Source of the DNA: Eledone cirrhosa
Lineage: Eukaryota
DNA length: 64,000 nt
Assembly (NCBI GenBank): GCA_964016885.1
Contig: OZ024742.1
Coordinates: forward strand, 19,034,001 to 19,098,000
Direction of reading: 5' to 3'
Below are positions 26,701 through 41,700 of this stretch, piece after piece (the first letter of the stretch is position 1; each line of letters begins with the position of its first letter). The position numbers and the translations under genes are program-made. The notes beneath the pieces are model-generated. The model ran no database searches. It was not told the origin of the DNA and was given only the letters and a program-made list of their open reading frames with translations.

Positions 26701-29700
26701 CTCTGCCATTCTATCCTACATTCTAATGACTCTGCCATTCTATCCTACGTTCTAACGACTCTGCCATTCTATCCTACGTTCTAATGACTCTGCCATTCTA
26801 TCCTACGTTCTAACAACTCTGCCATTCTATCCTACGTTCTAACAACTCTGTCATTCTATCCTACGTTCTAACGACTCTGCCATTCTATCCTACGTTCTAA
26901 TGACTCTGCCATTCTATCCTACGTTCTAACGACTCTTCCATTCTATCCTACGTTCTCACGACTCTGTCATTCTATCCTACATTCTAACGACTCTGCCATT
27001 CTATCCTACGTTCTAACGACTCTGCCATTCTATCCTACGTTCTAACGACTCTGCCATTCTATCCTACGTTCTAACGACTCTGCCATTCTATCCTACGTTC
27101 TAACGACTCTGCCATTCTACCCTATGTTCTAACGACTCTGCCATTCTATCCTACGTTCTAATGACTCTGCCATTCTATCCTACGTTCTAACGACTCTGCC
27201 ATTCTATCCTATGTTCTAACGACTCTGCCATTCTATCCTACGTTCTAACGACTCTGCCATTCTATCCTACGTTCTAACAACTCTGCCATTCTATCCTATG
27301 TTCTAACGACTCTGCTATTCTATCCTACGTTCTAATGACTCTGCCATTCTATCCGGCATTCTAACGACTCTGCCATTCTATCCTACGTTCTAACGACTCC
27401 GCCATTCTATCCTACGTTCTAACAACTCTGCCATTCTATCCTACGTTCTAACGACTCTGCCATTCTATCCTACGTTCTAACAACTTTGCCATTCTATCCT
27501 ACGTTCTAACGACTCTGCCATTCTATCCAACGTTCTAACGACTCTGCCATTCTATCCTACGTTCTAACGACTCTGCCATTCTATCCCACCTTCTAATGAC
27601 TCTTCCATTCTATCCTACGTTCTAACGACTCTGCCATTCTATCCTACGTTCTAACAACTCTGCCATTCTATCCAACGTTCTAACGACTCTGCCATTCTAT
27701 CCTACGTTCTAACGACTCTGCCATTCTATCCTACGTTCTAACGACTCTGCCATTCTATCCAACGTTCTAACGACTCTGCTATTCTATCCAACGTTCTAAC
27801 GACTCTGCCATTCTATCCAACGTTCTAACGACTCTGCCATTCTATCCAACGTTCTAACGACTCTGCTATTCTATCCAACGTTCTAACGACTCTGCTATTC
27901 TATCCAACGTTCTAACGACTCTGCTATTATATCCAACGTTCTAACGACTCTGCCATTCTATCCAACGTTCTAACGACTCTGCCATTCTATCCAACGTTCT
28001 AACGACTCTGCCATTCTATCCTACGTTCTAACGACTCTGCCATTCTATCCTACGTTCTAACGACTCTGCCATTCTATCCAACGTTCTAACGACTCTACCA
28101 TTCTATCCAACGTTCTAACGACTCTGCTATTCTATCCAACGTTCTAACGACTCTGCTATTCTATCCAACGTTCTAACGACTCTGCCATTCTATCCAACGT
28201 TCTAACGACTCTGCCATTGTATCCAACGTTCTAACGACTCTGCCATTCTATCCTACGTTCTACCGACTCTGTCATTCTATCCTACGTTCTAACAACTCTG
28301 CCATTCTATCCTACGTTCTAACGACTCTGCCATTCTATCCTACGTTCTAATGACTCTGCCATTCTATCCTACGTTTTCACGACTCTGCCATTCTATCCTA
28401 CGTTTTAACAACTCTGCCATTCTATCCTACGTTCTAACGACTCTGCCATTCTATCCTACGTTCTAACGACTCTGCCATTCTATCCTACGTTCTCACGACT
28501 CTGCCATTCTATCCTACGTTCTAATGACTCTGCCATTCTATCCTACGTTCTAACGACTCTGCCATTCTATCCTTCGTTCTAACGACTCTGCCATTCTATC
28601 CTACGTTCTAACGACTCTGCCATTCTATCCTACGTTCTAACGACTCTGCCATTCTATCCTACGTTCTAATGACTCTGCCATTCTATCCTACGTTCTAACG
28701 ACTCTGCCATTCTATCCTAGGTTCTAACGACTCTGCCATTCTATCCTACGTTCTAACGACTCTGCCATTCTATCCAACGTTCTAACGACTCTGCCATTCT
28801 ATCCTACGTTCTACCGACTCTGCCATTCTATCCTACGTTCTAACAACTCTGCCATTCTATCCTACGTTCTAACGACTCTGCCATTCTATCCTACGTTCTA
28901 ACGACTCTGCCATTCTATCCTACGTTCTAATGACTCTGCCATTCTATCCTACGTTCTAACGACTGTGCCATTCTATCCTACGTTCTAATGACTCTGCCAT
29001 TCTATCCTACGTTCTAACGACTCTGCCATTCTATCCTACGTTCTAACGACTCTGCCATTCTATCCTACGTTCTAATGACTCTGCCATTCTGTCCAACGTT
29101 CTAACGACTCTGCCATTCTATCCTACGTTCTCACGACTCTGCCATTCTATCCTACGTTCTAACGACTCTGCCATTCTATCCTACGTTCTAATGACTCTGC
29201 CATTCTATCCTACGTTCTAACAACTCTGCCATTCTATCCAACGTTCTAATGACTCTGCCATTCTATCCAACGTTCTAACGACTCTGCCATTCTATCCTAC
29301 GTTCTAACGACTCTGCTATTCTATCCAACGTTCTAACGACTCTGCCATTCTATCCTACGTTCTAACAACTCTGCCATTCTATCCTATGTTCTAACAACTC
29401 TGCCATTCTATCCTACGTTCTAATGACTCTGCCATTCTATCCTACGTTCTAACGACTCTGCCATTCTATCCTACGTTCTAATGACTCTGCCATTCTATCC
29501 TACGTTCTAACAACTCTGCCATTCTATCCTACGTTCTAACAACTCTGCCATTCTATCCTACGTTCTAACGACTCTGCCATTCTATCCTACGTTCTAATGA
29601 CTCTGCCATTCTATCCTACGTTCTCACGACTCTGCCATTCTATCCTACGTTCTAACGACTCTGCCATTCTATCCTACGTTCTAATGACTCTGCCATTCTA

Positions 29701-32700
29701 TCCTACGTTCTAACAACTCTGCCATTCTATCCAACGTTCTAATGACTCTGCCATTCTATCCAACGTTCTAACGACTCTGCCATTCTATCCTACGTTCTAA
29801 CGACTCTGCTATTCTATCCAACGTTCTAACGACTCTGCCATTCTATCCTACGTTCTAACAACTCTGCCATTCTATCCTACGTTCTAACAACTCTGCCATT
29901 CTATCCTACGTTCTAATGACTCTGCCATTCTATCCTACGTTCTAACGACTCTGCCATTCTATCCTACGTTGTAACGAATCTGCCATTCTATCCTACGTTC
30001 TAATGACTCTGCCATTCTATCCTACGTTCTAACGACTCTGCCATTCTATCCTATGTTCTAACGACTCTGCCATTCTATCCTACGTTCTAACGACTCTGCC
30101 ATTCTATCCTACGTTCTAACAACTCTGCCATTCTATCCTATGTTCTAACGACTCTGCTATTCTATCCTACGTTCTAATGACTCTGCCATTCTATCCGGCA
30201 TTCTAACGACTCTGCCATTTTATCCTACGTTCTAACGACTCCGCCATTCTATCCTACGTTCTAACGACTCTGCCATTCTATCCTACGTTCTCACGACTCT
30301 GCCATTCTATCCAACGTTCTAACGACTCTGCTATTCTATCCAACGTTCTAACGACTCTGCCATTCTATCCAACGTTCTAACGACTCTGCTATTCTATCCA
30401 ACGTTCTAACGACTCTGCCATTCTATCCTACGTTCTAACGACTCTGCCATTCTATCCAACGTTCTAATGACTCTGCCATTCTATCCTACGTTCTAACGAC
30501 TCTGCCATTCTATCCTACGTTCTAACAACTCTGCCATTCTATCCAACGTTCTAACGACTTTGCTATTCTATCCTACGTTCTAATGACTCTGCCATTCTAT
30601 CCAACGTTCTAACGACTCTGCCATTCTATCCTACGTTCTAACGACTCTGCCATTCTATCCTACGTTCTAACGACTCTGCCATTCTATCCAACGTTCTAAC
30701 GACTCTGCTATTCTATCCAACGTTCTAACGACTCTGCCATTCTATCCAACGTTCTAACGACTCTGCCATTCTATCCAACGTTCTAACGACTCTGCTATTC
30801 TATCCAACGTTCTAACGACTCTGCCATTCTATCCTACGTTCTAACGACTCTTCCATTCTATCCTACGTTCTAACGACTCTGCCATTCTATCCAACGTTCT
30901 AACGACTCTGCCATTCTATCCAACGTTCTAACGACTCTGCTATTCTATCCAACGTTCTAACGACTCTGCTATTCTATCCAACGTTCTAACGACTCTGCCA
31001 TTCTATCCAACGTTCTAACGACTCTGCCATTGTATCCAACGTTCTAACGACTCTGCCATTCTATCCTACGTTCTAACGACTCTGCCATTCTATCCTACGT
31101 TCTAACAACTCTGCCATTCTATCCTACGTTCTAACGACTCTGCCATTCTATCCTACGTTCTAATGACTCTGCCATTCTATCCTACGTTCTCACGACTCTG
31201 CCATTCTATCCTACGTTTTAACAACTCTGCCATTCTATCCTACGTTCTAACGACTCTGCCATTCTATCCTACGTTCTCACGACTCTGCCATTCTATCCTA
31301 CGTTCTAATGACTCTGCCATTCTATCCTACGTTCTAACGACTCTGCCATTCTATCCTACGTTCTTATGACTCTGCCATTCTATCCTACGTTCTAACGATT
31401 CTGCCATTCTATCCTACGTTCTAACGACTCTGCCATTCTATCCTACGTTCTAACGACTCTGCCATTCTATCCTACGTTCTAACGACTCTGCCATTCTATC
31501 CTACGTTCTAATGACTCTGCCATTCTATCCTACGTTCTAAGAACTCTGCCATTCTATCCTACGTTCTAACAACTCTGCCATTCTATCCTACGTTCTAACG
31601 ACTCTGCCAATCTATCCTACGTTCTCACGACTCTGCCATTCTATCCTACGTTCTAACGACTCTGCCATTTTATCCTACGTTCTAACGACTCTGCGATTCT
31701 ATCCTACGTTCTAACGACTCTGCCATTCTATCCTACGTTCTAACGACTCAGCCATTCTATCCTACGTTCTAACGACTCTGCCATTCTATCCAACGTTCTA
31801 ACGACTCTGCTATTCTATCCAACGTTCTAACGACTCTGCCATTCTATCCTACGTTCTAACGACTCTGCCATTCTATCCTATGTTCTAACGACTCTTCCAT
31901 TCTATCCTACGTTCTAATGACTCTGCCATTCTATCCGACATTCTAACGACTCTGCCATTCTATCCTACGTTCTAACGACTCTGCCATTCTATCCAACGTT
32001 CTAACGACTCTGCTATTCTATCCTACGTTCTAACGACTCTGCCATTCTATCCTACGTTCTAACGACTCTGCCATTCTATCCTATGTTCTAACGACTCTTC
32101 CATTCTATCCTACGTTCTAATGACTCTGCCATTCTATCCGACATTCTAACGACTCTGCCATTCTATCCTACGTTCTAACGACTCTGCCATTCTATCCTAC
32201 GTTCTAACGACTCTGCCATTCTATCCTACGTTCTAACGACTCTGCCATTCTATCCAACGTTCTAACGACTCTGCCATTCTATCCAACGTTCTAACGACTC
32301 TGCCATTCTATCATACGTTCTACCGACTCTGCCATTCTATCCTACGTTCTAACAACTCTGCCATTCTATCCTACGTTCTAACGACTCTGCCATTCTATCC
32401 TACGTTCTAACGACTCTGCCATTCTATCCTACGTTCTAACGACTCTGCCATTCTATCCTACGTTCTAACGACTCTGCCATTCTATCCTACGTTCTAACAA
32501 CTCTGCCATTCTATCCTACGTTCTAACAACTCTGCCATTCTATCCTACGTTCTAATGACTCTGCCATTCTATCATACGTTCTAACGACTCTGCCATTCTA
32601 TCCTACGTTCTAATGACTCTGCCATTCTATCCTACGTTCTAACGACTCTGCCATTCTTTCCTACGTTCTAACGACTCTGCCATTCTATCCTACGTTCTAA

Positions 32701-35700
32701 CGACTCTGCCATTCTATCCTACGTTCTAATGACTCTGCCATTCTATCCTACGTTCTAACTACTGTGCCATTCTATCCTACGTTCTAATGACTCTGCCATT
32801 CTATCCTACGTTCTAACGACTCTGCCATTCTATCCTACGTTCTAACGACTCTGCCATTCTATCCTACGTTCTAATGACTCTGCCATTCTATCCTACGTTC
32901 TAACGACTCTGCCATTCTATCCTACGTTCTAACGACTCTGCCATTCTATCCTACGTTCTAATGACTCTGCCATTCTATCCTACGTTCTAAGAACTCTGCC
33001 ATTCTATCCTACGTTCTAACGACTCTGCCATTCTATCCTACGTTCTAACGACTCTGCCATTCTATCCTACGTTCTAAGAACTCTGCCATTCTATCCTACG
33101 TTCTAACGACTCTGCCATTCTATCCTACGTTCTAACGACTCTGCCAATCTATCCTACGTTCTAACGACTCTGCCATTCTATCCTACGTTCTAACGACTCT
33201 GCCATTCTATCCTACGTTCTAACGACTCTGCCATTCTATCCTACGTTCTAACGACTCTGCCATTCTATCCAACGTTCTAACGACTCTGCCATTCTATCCA
33301 ACGTGCTAACGACTCTGCCATTCTATCCTACGTTCTAACGACTCTGCCATTCTATCCTACGTTCTAACGACTCTGCCATTCTATCCTACGTTCTAACGAC
33401 TCTGCCATTCTGTCCTACGTTCTAACGACTCTGCCATTCTATCCAACGTTCTAACGACTCTGCTATTCTATCCAACGTTCTAACGACTCTGCCATTCTAT
33501 CCTACGTTCAAACGACTCTGCCATTCTATCCTATGTTCTAACGACTCTTCCATTCTATCCTACGTCCTAATGACTCTGCCATTCTATCCGACATTCTAAC
33601 GACTCTGCCATTCTATCCTACGTTCTAACGACTCTGCCATTCTATCCTACGTTCTAACGACTCTGCCATTCTATCCTACGTTCTAACGACTCTGCCATTC
33701 TATCCAACGTTCTAACGACTCTGCCATTCTATCCAACGTTCTAACGACTCTGCCATTCTATCCTACGTTCTACCGACTCTGCCATTCTATCCTACGTTCT
33801 AACAACTCTGCCATTCTATCCTACGTTCTAACGACTCTGCCATTCTATCCTACGTTCTCACGACTCTGCCATTCTATCCTACGTTCTAACGACTCTGCCA
33901 TTCTATCCTACGTTCTAATGACTCTGCCATTCTATCCTACGTTCTAACGACTCTGCCATTCTATCCTACGTTCTAATAACTCTGCCATTCTATTCAACGT
34001 TCTAACGACTCTGCTATTCTATCCTACGTTCTAACGACTCTGCCATTCTATCCTACGTTCTAATGACTCTGCCATTCTATCCTACGTTCTCACGACTCTG
34101 CCATTCTATCCTACGTTCTAACGACTCTGCCATTCTATCCTACGTTTTAACAACTCTGCCATTCTATCCTACGTTTTAACAACTCTGCCATTCTATCCTA
34201 CGTTCTCACGACTCTGCCATTCTATCCTACGTTCTAATGACTCTGCCATTCTATCCTACGTTCTAATGACTCTGCCATTCTATCCTACGTTCTAACGACT
34301 CTGCCATTCTATCCTACGTTCTAATGACTCTGCCATTCTATCCTACGTTCTAACGACTCTGCCATTCTATCCTACGTTCTAATGACTCTGCCATTCTATC
34401 CTACGTTCTAACGACTCTGCCATTCTATCCTACGTTCTAACGACTCTGCCATTCTATCCTACGTTCTAATGACTCTGCCATTCTATCCTACGTTCTAACG
34501 ACTCTGCCATTCTATCCTACGTTCTAATGACTCTGCCATTCTATCCTACGTTCTAAGAACTCTGCCATTCTATCCTACGTTCTAACGACTCTGCCATTCT
34601 ATCCTACGTTCTAACGACTCTGCCAATCTATCCTACGTTCTCACGACTCTGCCATTCTATCCTACGTTCTAACGACTCTGCCATTCTATCCTACGTTCTA
34701 ACGACTCTGCCATTCTATCCTACGTTCTAACGACTCTGCCATTCTATCCTACGTTCTAACGACTCTGCCATTCTATCCTACGTTCTAACGACTCTGCCAT
34801 TCTATCCAACGTTCTAACGACTCTGCTATTCTATCCAACGTTCTAACGACTCTGCCATTCTATCCTACGTTCTAACGACTCTGCCATTCTGTCCTATGTT
34901 CTAACGACTCTTCCATTCTATCCTACGTTCTAATGACTCTGCCATTCTATCCGACATTCTAACGACTCTGCCATTCTATCCTACGTTCTAACGACTCTGC
35001 CATTCTATCCTACGTTCTAACGACTCTGCCATTCTATCCTACGTTCTAACGACTCTGCCATTCTATCCAATGTTCTAACGACTCTGCCATTCTATCCAAC
35101 GTTCTAACGACTCTGCCATTCTATCCTACGTTCTAACGACTCTGCCATTCTATCCTACGTTCTAACAACTCTGCCATTCTATCCTACGTTCTAACAACTC
35201 TGCCATTCTATCCTACGTTCTAATGACTCTGCCATTCTATCCTACGTTCTAACGACTCTGCCATTCTATCCTACGTTCTAATGACTCTGCCATTCTATCC
35301 TACGTTCTAACGACTCTGCCATTCTATCCTACGTTCTAACGACTCTGCCATTCTATCCTACGTTCTAACGACTCTGCCATTCTATCCTACGTTCTAATGA
35401 CTCTGCCATTCTATCCTACGTTCTAACGACTCTGCCATTCTATCCTACGTTCTAATGACTCTGCCATTCTATCCTACGTTCTAACGACTCTGCCATTCTA
35501 TCCTACGTTCTAACGACTCTGCCATTCTATCCTACGTTCTAATGACTCTGCCATTCTATCCTACGTTCTAACGACTCTGCCATTCTATCCTACGTTCTAA
35601 CGACTCTGCCATTCTATCCTACGTTCTAATGACTCTGCCATTCTATCCTACGTTCTAAGAACTCTGCCATTCTATCCTACGTTCTAACGACTCTGCCATT

Positions 35701-38700
35701 CTATCCTACGTTCTAACGACTCTGCCAATCTATCCTACGTTCTCACGACTCTGCCATTCTATCCTACGTTCTAACGACTCTGCCATTTTATCCTACGTTC
35801 TAACGACTCTGCCATTCTATCCTACGTTCTAACGACTCTGCCATTCTATCCTACGTTCTAACGACTCTGCCATTCTATCCTACGTTCTAACGACTCTGCC
35901 ATTCTATCCTACGTTCTAACGACTCTGCCATTCTATCCAACGTTCTAACGACTCTGCTATTCTATCCAACGTTCTAACGACTCTGCCATTCTATCCTACG
36001 TTCTAACGACTCTGCCATTCTATCCTATGTTCTAACGACTCTTCCATTCTATCCTACGTTCTAATGACTCTGCCATTCTATCCTACGTTCTAACGACTCT
36101 GCCATTCTATCCTACGTTCTAACGACTCTGCCATTCTATCCTACGTTCTAATGACTCTGCCATTCTATCCTACGTTCTAACGACTCTGCCATTCTATCCT
36201 ACGTTCTAACGACTCTGCCATTCTATCCTACGTTCTAATGACTCTGCCATTCTATCCTACGTTCTAACGACTCTGCCATTCTATCCTACGTTCTAATGAC
36301 TCTGCCATTCTATCCTACGTTCTAAGAACTCTGCCATTCTATCCTACGTTCTAACGACTCTGCCATTCTATCCTACGTTCTAACGACTCTGCCAATCTAT
36401 CCTACGTTCTCACGACTCTGCCATTCTATCCTACGTTCTAACGACTCTGCCATTTTATCCTACGTTCTAACGACTCTGCCATTCTATCCTACGTTCTAAC
36501 GACTCTGCCATTCTATCCTACGTTCTAACGACTCTGCCATTCTATCCTACGTTCTAACGACTCTGCCATTCTATCCTACGTTCTAACGACTCTGCCATTC
36601 TATCCAACGTTCTAACGACTCTGCTATTCTATCCAACGTTCTAACGACTCTGCCATTCTATCCTACGTTCTAACGACTCTGCCATTCTATCCTATGTTCT
36701 AACGACTCTTCCATTCTATCCTACGTTCTAATGACTCTGCCATTCTATCCGACATTCTAACGACTCTGCCATTCTATCCTACGTTCTAACGACTCTGCCA
36801 TTCTATCCTACGTTCTAACGACTCTGCCATTCTATCCTACGTTCTAACGACTCTGCCATTCTATCCAATGTTCTAACGACTCTGCCATTCTATCCAACGT
36901 TCTAACGACTCTGCCATTCTATCCTACGTTCTAACGACTCTGCCATTCTATCCTACGTTCTAACAACTCTGCCATTCTATCCTACGTTCTAACAACTCTG
37001 CCATTCTATCCTACGTTCTAATGACTCTGCCATTCTATCCTACGTTCTAACGACTCTGCCATTCTATCCTACGTTCTAATGACTCTGCCATTCTATCCTA
37101 CGTTCTAACGACTCTGCCATTCTATCCTACGTTCTAACGACTCTGCCATTCTATCCTACGTTCTAACGACTCTGCCATTCTATCCTACGTTCTAATGACT
37201 CTGCCATTCTATCCTACGTTCTAACGACTCTGCCATTCTATCCTACGTTCTAATGACTCTGCCATTCTATCCTACGTTCTAACGACTCTGCCATTCTATC
37301 CTACGTTCTAACGACTCTGCCATTCTATCCTACGTTCTAATGACTCTGCCATTCTATCCTACGTTCTAACGACTCTGCCATTCTATCCTACGTTCTAACG
37401 ACTCTGCCATTCTATCCTACGTTCTAATGACTCTGCCATTCTATCCTACTTTCTAAGAACTCTGCCATTCTATCCTACGTTCTCACGACTCTGCCATTCT
37501 ATCCTACGTTCTAACGACTCTGCCAATCTATCCTACGTTCTCACGACTCTGCCATTCTATCCTACGTTCTAACGACTCTGCCATTTTATCCTACGTTCTA
37601 ACGACTCTGCCATTCTATCCTACGTTCTAACGACTCTGCCATTCTATCCTACGTTCTAACGACTCTGCCATTCTATCCTACGTTCTAACGACTCTGCCAT
37701 TCTATCCTACGTTCTAACGACTCTGCCATTCTATCCAACGTTCTAACGACTCTGCTATTCTATCCAACGTTCTAACGACTCTGCCATTCTATCCTACGTT
37801 CTAACGACTCTGCCATTCTATCCTATGTTCTAACGACTCTTCCATTCTATCCTACGTTCTAATGACTCTGCCATTCTATCCGACATTCTAACGACTCTGC
37901 CATTCTATCCTACGTTCTAACGACTCTGCCATTCTATCCTACGTTCTAACTACTCTGCCATTCTATCCTACGTTCTAACGACTCTGCCATTCTATCCAAC
38001 GTTCTAACGACTCTGCCATTCTATCCAACGTTCTAACGACTCTGCCATTCTATCCTACGTTCTACCGACTCTGCCATTCTATCCTACGTTCTAACAACTC
38101 TGCCATTCTATCCTACGTTCTAACGACTCTGCCATTCTATCCTACGTTCTAACAACTCTGCCATTCTATCCTATGTTCTAACGACTCTGCTATTCTATCC
38201 TACGTTCTAATGACTCTGCCATTCTATCCGGCATTCTAACGACTCTGCCATTTTATCCTACGTTCTAACGACTCCGCCATTCTATCCTACGTTCTAACGA
38301 CTCTGCCATTCTATCCTACGTTCTCACGACTCTGCCATTCTATCCAACGTTCTAACGACTCTGCTATTCTATCCAACGTTCTAACGACTCTGCCATTCTA
38401 TCCAACGTTCTAACGACTCTGCTATTCTATCCAACGTTCTAACGACTCTGCCATTCTATCCTACGTTCTAACGACTCTGCCATTCTATCCAACGTTCTAA
38501 TGACTCTGCCATTCTATCCTACGTTCTAACGACTCTGCCATTCTATCCTACGTTCTAACAACTCTGCCATTCTATCCAACGTTCTAACGACTTTGCTATT
38601 CTATCCTACGTTCTAATGACTCTGCCATTCTATCCAACGTTCTAACGACTCTGCCATTCTATCCTACGTTCTAACGACTCTGCCATTCTATCCTACGTTC

Positions 38701-41700
38701 TAACGACTCTGCCATTCTATCCAACGTTCTAACGACTCTGCTATTCTATCCAACGTTCTAACGACTCTGCCATTCTATCCAACGTTCTAACGACTCTGCC
38801 ATTCTATCCAACGTTCTAACGACTCTGCTATTCTATCCAACGTTCTAACGACTCTGCTATTCTATCCAACGTTCTAACGACTCTGCCATTCTATCCTACG
38901 TTCTAACGACTCTGCCATTCTATCCTACGTTCTAACGACTCTGCCATTCTATCCAACGTTCTAACGACTCTGCCATTCTATCCAACGTTCTAACGACTCT
39001 GCTATTCTATCCAACGTTCTAACGACTCTGCTATTCTATCCAACGTTCTAACGACTCTGCCATTCTATCCAACGTTCTAACGACTCTGCCATTGTATCCA
39101 ACGTTCGAACGACTCTGCCATTCTATCCTACGTTCTAACGACTCTGCCATTCTATCCTACGTTCTAACAACTCTGCCATTCTATCCTACGTTCTAACGAC
39201 TCTGCCATTCTATCCTACGTTCTAATGACTCTGCCATTCTATCCTACGTTCTCACGACTCTGCCAATCTATCCTACGTTCTAACGACTCTGCCATTCTAT
39301 CCTACGTTCTAACAACTCTGCCATTCTATCCTACGTTCTAACAACTCTGCCATTCTATCCTACGTTCTAACGACTCTGCCATTCTATCCTACGTTTTAAC
39401 AACTCTGCCATTCTATCCTACGTTCTAACGACTCTGCCATTCTATCCTACGTTCTCACGACTCTGCCATTCTATCCTACGTTCTAATGACTCTGCCATTC
39501 TATCCTACGTTCTAACGACTCTGCCATTCTATCCTACGTTCTAATGACTCTGCCATTCTATCCTACGTTCTAACGATTCTGCCATTCTATCCTACGTTCT
39601 AACGACTCTGCCATTCTATCCTACGTTCTAACGACTCTGCCATTCTATCCTACGTTCTAACGACTCTGCCATTCTATCCTACGTTCTAATGACTCTGCCA
39701 TTCTATCCTACGTTCTAAGAACTCTGCCATTCTATCCTACGTTCTAACGACTCTGCCATTCTATCCTACGTTCTAACGACTCTGCCAATCTATCCTACGT
39801 TCTCACGACTCTGCCATTCTATCCTACGTTCTAACGACTCTGCCATTTTATCCTACGTTCTAACGACTCTGCGATTCTATCCTACGTTCTAACGACTCTG
39901 CCATTCTATCCTACGTTCTAACGACTCAGCCATTCTATCCTACGTTCTAACGACTCTGCCATTCTATCCAACGTTCTAACGACTCTGCTATTCTATCCAA
40001 CGTTCTAACGACTCTGCCATTCTATCCTACGTTCTAACGACTCTGCCATTCTATCCTATGTTCTAACGACTCTTCCATTCTATCCAACGTTCTAACGACT
40101 CTGCTATTCTATCCAACGTTCTAACGACTCTGCCATTCTATCCTACGTTCTAACGACTCTGCCATTCTATCCTATGTTCTAACGACTCTTCCATTCTATC
40201 CTACGTTCTAATGACTCTGCCATTCTATCCGACATTCTAACGACTCTGCCATTCTATCCTACGTTCTAACGACTCTGCCATTCTATCCTACGTTCTAACG
40301 ACTCTGCCATTCTATCCTACGTTCTAACGACTCTGCCATTCTATCCAACGTTCTAACGACTCTGCCATTCTATCCAACGTTCTAACGACTCTGCCATTCT
40401 ATCCTACGTTCTACCGACTCTGCCATTCTATCCTACGTTCTAACAACTCTGCCATTCTATCCTACGTTCTAACGACTCTGCCATTCTATCCTACGTTCTA
40501 ACGACTCTGCCATTCTATCCTACGTTCTAACGACTCTGCCATTCTATCCTACGTTCTCACGACTCTGCCATTCTATCCTACGTTCTAACGACTCTGCCAT
40601 TCTATCCTACGTTCTAATGACTCTGCCATTCTATCCTACGTTCTAACGACTCTGCCATTCTATCCTACGTTCTATTGACTCTGCCATTCTATCCTACGTT
40701 CTAACGACTCTGCCATTCTATCCTACGTTCTAACGACTCTGCCATTCTATCCTACGTTCTAATAACTCTGCCATTCTATTCAACGTTCTAACGACTCTGC
40801 TATTCTATCCTACGTTCTAACGACTCTGCCATTCTATCCTACGTTCTAACGACTCTGCCATTCTATCCTACGTTCTAAAGACTCTGCCATTCTATCCTAC
40901 GTTCTAACAACTCTGCCATTCTATCCTACGTTCTAACAACTCTGCCATTCTATCCTACGTTCTAATGACTCTGCCATTCTATCATACGTTCTAACGACTC
41001 TGCCATTCTATCCTACGTTCTAATGACTCTGCCATTCTATCCTACGTTCTAACGACTCTGCCATTCTTTCGTACGTTCTAACGACTCTGCCATTCTATCC
41101 TACGTTCTAACGACTCTGCCATTCTATCCTACGTTCTAATGACTCTGCCATTCTATCCTACGTTCTAACGACTGTGCCATTCTATCCTACGTTCTAATGA
41201 CTCTGCCATTCTATCCTACGTTCTAACGACTCTGCCATTCTATCCTACGTTCTAACGACTCTGCCATTCTATCCTACGTTCTAATGACTCTGCCATTCTA
41301 TCCTACGTTCTAACGACTCTGCCATTCTATCCTACGTTCTAACGACTCTGCCATTCTATCCTACGTTCTAATGACTCTGCCATTCTATCCTACGTTCTAA
41401 GAACTCTGCCATTCTATCCTACGTTCTAACGACTCTGCCATTCTATCCTACGTTCTAACGACTCTGCCATTCTATCCTACGTTCTAAGAACTCTGCCATT
41501 CTATCCTACGTTCTAACGACTCTGCCATTCTATCCTACGTTCTAACGACTCTGCCAATCTATCCTACGTTCTAACGACTCTGCCATTCTATCCTACGTTC
41601 TAACGACTCTGCCATTCTATCCTACGTTCTAACGACTCTGCCATTCTATCCTACGTTCTAACGACTCTGCCATTCTATCCAACGTTCTAACGACTCTGCC

